A stretch of DNA of 64,000 nt from Thermoanaerobaculia bacterium (lineage in GTDB: Bacteria > Acidobacteriota > Thermoanaerobaculia > Multivoradales > Multivoraceae): assembly GCA_963664405.1 (NCBI GenBank), contig OY761158.1, forward strand, positions 1,920,001 to 1,984,000. The letters run 5' to 3'. Below are positions 59,660 to 64,000 of the stretch, in pieces. Position 1 is the first letter of the stretch; each line of letters starts with the position of its first letter. The notes under the pieces were generated by a model. The model did not search any database. It was not told the origin of the DNA and was given only the letters and a program-made list of their open reading frames with translations. A program made the translations under genes and the position numbers.

Positions 59660-62384
59660 CTAGATCGCGTCACAGGTCGGGAAGGCCATGGTGTCCTGGA
59701 TGGGCTGGAAGCGAGTCCCCTGATCGTTGTGGTAGGTCCTTATATCGCCGGTGAGAGTGTCCTCCACCACCAGATCGACCTCGACATTGGTCAGCCCGGC
59801 GCCGAAGATCCAGAAGTTGCGCAGCGCGTGTCCCTGGGGCAGACCGCAGCCGCCGAAGAGCGCCTTGACGACCACCTCCACATTGGTATCGTCGAAGAAC
59901 CAGAAGTAGCCGGTGTCGTCGGTGAGCGCGACGGCCTGCCCCGAGCCGGCAGAACCGCCGGCGGTCTCCCACGAGGCGGTGACCTTGAAGCGATCGTTGT
60001 TGAGACAGAGCGTGGTTGCGTCTTCGACGCAGGTACTGCTCGCGCCTCTGCCCACCAGTGAGTCGCCATCCGAGGCCGAGTCGAAACCCAGGAACCGCTT
60101 CGCCGTGTCTACCATCCGGTCGAGGAGATTTCCGACCTCTTCGGCTTCCTGCGGGATGGGCGGATAGGGCAAGTCGTAGCTCGCGACCTGTGCCTCGGGC
60201 TGGGGTAGACCCGGGGCGTCACAGGTAGGGAAGGCGGCCGTATCCTGAATCGGCAGGAACTTGGTCTTCTGGGGGTTGACGTACTCCTGGACCTCGCCGG
60301 TCTCGGTGTCGGTGACGCTCAGGAGCACTTCGACGTCGGTGAGCCCGGCGGCAAAGAGCCAGAAGTTGCGCAGCGGGTGGTTTACGTCTTGGAGACCGCA
60401 GCCGTTGTCGAGGGCCTTGACCAGCATCTCGACGTTGGCGGGGTCGAAAAACCAGAAGTAGCCAGTGTCAGAAGTGAGCTGCACGGCTCGGCCGTGGCCC
60501 TGGTCGCCATTGTTCTTGAGCCACTCCGCTTCGACCCTGAAGCGACCGTTGTTGAGGCAGAGTACGGTGTCGGAGGGCTCGCAGCTCAGAACGTTGAGGG
60601 CTTCGAGCCACTCGTTCATATCGAGGCCGACCCAGCTCGGGATGTCGAGACGGGCCTCTTGGAGCTCGAGAGAGGCGAGGAGCTCAGGTGTCGTCGCGGA
60701 GGCTTTGAGCGACGCTACGTAGTCGATGATGAGCTGGCTGTGGCCGGCAGTGACGATTCGGGTTTCGCCGCGGCCGTCGATGAGTCTGCGGAGCAACGGC
60801 TGCCATCCGAGGATCCAGTCCAGAGCAAGTTGGGGAGCGTCGGAGCTGAGCGCACTGGTATCCGCCATGTCGCCAATGAAACCGAAAAAGAGGTCGATCG
60901 CTCGCCGGCCTCCCGGCGCGTAGCGGAAGATCCGATCGCGCAATTGGTAGAGGAGGAAGGGATCGAGGGCGCCGTCCGCCTCAGGTTCGAGAGTCGAACG
61001 CCCTGCCAGATTTTGCTCTGGTGGCAGGACCGAATTCGCGACATTGCATTCGGTACCGAGGACGAAGAACTCGTAACAGCACCCCCCGAGCGCAGCCAGG
61101 GCTTCGTTGAAGGTAACGCACTTCGGGTCGGAGTGGTTGCAGTATGAAACGCCTGATCCGCCACGTGGAGCGCGGATCTCGTCCCGACCTACAATCGCAC
61201 TTTCAACATCAGGTCGGCCCGCCTCGACGCGAAGCGTTGATCGTGAGTCCGGCCAGAGCACCGCGGACGGTCCGGAGAACGAGTCGACGAAGGCCTCGTT
61301 GAAGACCTCCCAGTCGTCAGGGGTTCCCTCGTCGACCCCGACTGGGAAGTCCACGGTGCTGGAGGCTCCGGGGGCCAGGTCTCCGATATCGAGAGTGCAG
61401 AAGCTGCCCTCTCCGGGGCCCGGTTCGCATACCCAGTTGTCGGAGCTGGCGACAGCCTGATAAGTCGTTCTAATCGGCACGAACTCGCCCAGCCGAACCC
61501 CTTCCGCCAGGACGTCGCTGATGTTGGTGACCGTGATCTCGTAGGGAATGAAGGAGTCGAAGTTCCACAGGTGAAACTGCGGCTGCATCGCCTTCGTCAC
61601 CTCCAACGCAGGCTGTGGAGGAGACGGAGGAGGCGGATCGAGGCAGTTGGGGTTGTCCTCGCTGTAGAGAACGACTCGCAGATCGTCGAAGTCTGGAGAA
61701 ATATCGAATGCGGACTGTGTTGCCGGCGCGAGGAGCTCCCGCTGATAGCCGAACTCGATCGGCCCGCCCGAGGCCGAGAAGTCGGGTCGATTTCCCAGCC
61801 CGTCCCAGAAATCGTCGAAGCGCATGCAGGGCGCCTCGTGGATCTCGAAACCTCCAACGTCGCCCGTCTTGTTGACAATGTTGAAGGTCGATCGATAGAT
61901 GACCCCTCCCTGCCGTATTGCCGCGCGGGTGCTCAGCAACCCGATCGAATTTCTCCTCGCTTCGCTGTAGTCGATACCGGCGAGAGGTCCGAAGACCCCA
62001 GGGTCGTAGAAGGTACCGTCTGAGAGGATGTGGTCGATCGAGACCAGGTGGTTCTTGGCGAAGTTGCTGTCGTTGAAAGGGTTTAGCGCTGGAAAGCTGA
62101 AAGTAGTGCGGCGGAATGCGGTGCCGAACACGCTCGGCACACTTGGCAGCTCGCCTCCTGCCTATATCGAACCGCAGCCGCCGCTGGGCCCGTTCCTAAC
62201 ACTCACCTGACAGCTAGTGTCCCAATCTCCCATCGGAAAACTGCTGCGCTCGATGACCAAACATGTGCCGTCCTGGAAACAGTTCGCCATTGCTGGCGCG
62301 AGCGAAGCCGCTTAGAGCAAATACACATGCGGCTATTGGAGCGGTCTGGCACCGTGGCAGCAGCGCCGCAGCCTGAGAGCCCAT
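59660..62384 (-). pseudogene. Large exported DUF11-like protein with two copies of the conserved C-terminal domain; 5' end disrupted
   Basis: Open 62140-59660. The same frame extends upstream past a TAG at 62162-62164; GGAGG RBS and ATG at 62384 are in a different frame. Confidence 0.65.
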
Positions 62385-62489
62385 ACTTTCCTCCCGGGGT
62401 TTCAAGCATGCTATACCAGACGCGGCCCAGGTCGAGCCTGTCTGGCATGTTTCGATAGGCTTCGAGTCGTGCGGCGGCGAGGCGCGGTC

Positions 62490-62960
62490 ATGGCGAAACT
62501 AGGCCCAGGTGTCCTGATCATGTGCACCGGCAACTCCTGCCGAAGCCAGATGGCCGAGGGCTATCTCCGCGAGCTCGGCGGCGATCGCTTCGACGTCTAT
62601 AGCGCCGGCACGGAGCCCGCCATGGCAATCAGCGCCTTCGCTTGCCAAGTCATGCTCGAAGACGGCGTCGATATCGCCGACCAACGACCGACGGACTATC
62701 GTGCCTATCTCGGGACTCCCTCCATCCGTTACGTGATCCTCGTCTGCGACGGGGCGGCGCAGACTTGTCCGACCTGGCCAGGGCCCGCTGAGCGCCTGGT
62801 CTGGCCCTTTGAAGATCCGGCGATGTTCCGAGGGTCTGACGCGGCGAAGCTCGAGAAGTTCCGCGAGATTCGTGATCAGATCAAGGCCAGACTCGTGGAG
62901 TGGCTCGAGGCGATAGGATCGGAGACACCAAAGACTTCTCACCTCGGAGACTCGTCATGA
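62490..62960 (+). CDS. arsC: Arsenate reductase, thioredoxin-coupled LMW-PTP type
   Basis: CTGNSCRS P-loop, resolving Cys pair VCD..TCP, WPFEDP. Confidence 0.85.
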   Translation: MAKLGPGVLIMCTGNSCRSQMAEGYLRELGGDRFDVYSAGTEPAMAISAFACQVMLEDGVDIADQRPTDYRAYLGTPSIRYVILVCDGAAQTCPTWPGPAERLVWPFEDPAMFRGSDAAKLEKFREIRDQIKARLVEWLEAIGSETPKTSHLGDSS

Positions 62961-64000
62961 AGAGAAACTCGTGGATCCAGCGCGCCGCAGCGCTGTCGGT
63001 ACCTGTCCTCCTTCTTATCGGCACTGCGCCAACGCTGGCGGCGGAAGCGGCGATCGATGTCGTCGACCTACCTTCCGCCTCGCCGGAGTCGGTCGGCATC
63101 TCGAGCGAGCGCCTCGAGCGCATCACCAAGGTGATGAACCGGGCGGTCGAAGACGGCAGGATGGCCGGCGGCATCGGCCTGATCGCACGCAAGGGGAAGG
63201 TCGCCTACTTCGAGACTTACGGTGATCAGGACCGCGAGAACAGGATCCCGATGAAGAAGGACGCGATCTTCCGCATCTACTCGATGTCGAAAGCGGTCAC
63301 CGGAGTCGCGGTAATGATTCTCTATGAGGAGGAGGGTTTCCCGCTCAGTACCCCGGTGAAGCGGTGGCTGCCCGAACTGGGCGACATGCAGGTGGCGGTC
63401 GACCGCACCGATCCCTCGAGCGGCCAGCGACTCTTCCGGCTAGAGCCGACCCATCGCGACATGACGGTGCGCGACCTACTGACCCACACTTCAGGCATCA
63501 GCTATCAGGGGCCGGTCAACGCCCGCGGTCAGCGCTATTACGAGCAGCTCGAGACGCGGGCGGGCGACGTCGACCTAGAAGAGTTCACCAAGCGCCTCGG
63601 CAAAGCACCGCTCCACAACCATCCCGGCACGGTGTGGCAGTACGGGCTGTCGATGGATGTGCTCGGGCGGTTGGTGGAGGTCATCTCGGGGAAGACTTTC
63701 GACGTCTTCCTCGAAGAGCGCATCTTCGAGCCCCTCGGCATGGTCGACACCGCCTTCTTCGTGCCCAGCGACAAGAAGGAGCGCCTCGCAGTTCTCTACT
63801 CTCCCGACAAGGAAGGAGCGATCAAGCGATCGACAGCGGCGCCCCAGGACTCCTACCACACCAAACCGTCGATCTTCTTGGGCGGAGCCGGTCTCGTGTC
63901 GACGACGACGGACTATCTCCGCCTCACCCAGATGCTGCTCAACGGTGGCGAGCTCGACGGCACCCGGATCCTTGGCCGCAAGACCGTGGAGCTGATGTCG
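62957..64000 (+). CDS. Beta-lactamase-fold serine hydrolase (class C-like), partial, exported
   Basis: Manual translation: signal peptide, FRIYSMSK (SxxK), LLTHTSG, PGTVWQYG, IFEPLGM; runs off the window. Confidence 0.9.
   Translation, partial: MKRNSWIQRAAALSVPVLLLIGTAPTLAAEAAIDVVDLPSASPESVGISSERLERITKVMNRAVEDGRMAGGIGLIARKGKVAYFETYGDQDRENRIPMKKDAIFRIYSMSKAVTGVAVMILYEEEGFPLSTPVKRWLPELGDMQVAVDRTDPSSGQRLFRLEPTHRDMTVRDLLTHTSGISYQGPVNARGQRYYEQLETRAGDVDLEEFTKRLGKAPLHNHPGTVWQYGLSMDVLGRLVEVISGKTFDVFLEERIFEPLGMVDTAFFVPSDKKERLAVLYSPDKEGAIKRSTAAPQDSYHTKPSIFLGGAGLVSTTTDYLRLTQMLLNGGELDGTRILGRKTVELMS

Noticed and set aside
62162-62164. In-frame TAG as pyrrolysine or programmed readthrough
   Set aside because: No pyl genes or supporting context are visible, and a nearby frameshift favours decay or sequencing error.
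62490-62960. Arsenic resistance operon
   Set aside because: arsC stands alone; no arsR or acr3/arsB is adjacent in the window.
1-64000. rRNA, tRNA or prophage genes
   Set aside because: None was recognisable by eye; tRNAscan-SE or Infernal would be needed to exclude small RNAs.

Overview
This is a GC-rich bacterial window. Its gene content suggests Acidobacteriota, probably Thermoanaerobaculia-like (inference). It holds one clear housekeeping gene (polA) among accessory hydrolases, oxidoreductases and transporters. The main signal is three paralogous cassettes, each an ECF sigma factor plus a membrane Ser/Thr kinase, followed by a convergent gene for an exported protein. A shared bipartite motif, TGGC(A/G)-N17-18-CGC, occurs six times. 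It lies upstream of all three convergent genes, a neighbouring collagen-like gene and two of the three kinases. Two of the convergent genes look like distant paralogues of an unannotated secreted family. Mobile DNA includes: a complete 3.39-kb IS21-family element (TIRs, 5-bp TSD) with two extra genes, inserted at the first sigma gene; a 477-bp TG..CA non-autonomous element splitting a diheme cytochrome c peroxidase; a ~159-bp CTAG-flanked MITE in two copies, one nested in another repeat; and a 128-bp CTAG-punctuated hairpin repeat family including a tandem array. Also present: four type II TA modules, one flanked by a duplicated glutaredoxin 3' end; an amidohydrolase-pair + Rieske cluster resembling AibH1H2/AibG; four copies of a ~110-aa C-terminal domain on unrelated exported proteins; and several frameshifted or internally deleted genes. 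No rRNA, tRNA or CRISPR array was recognised. All assignments are by eye; no database search was run.
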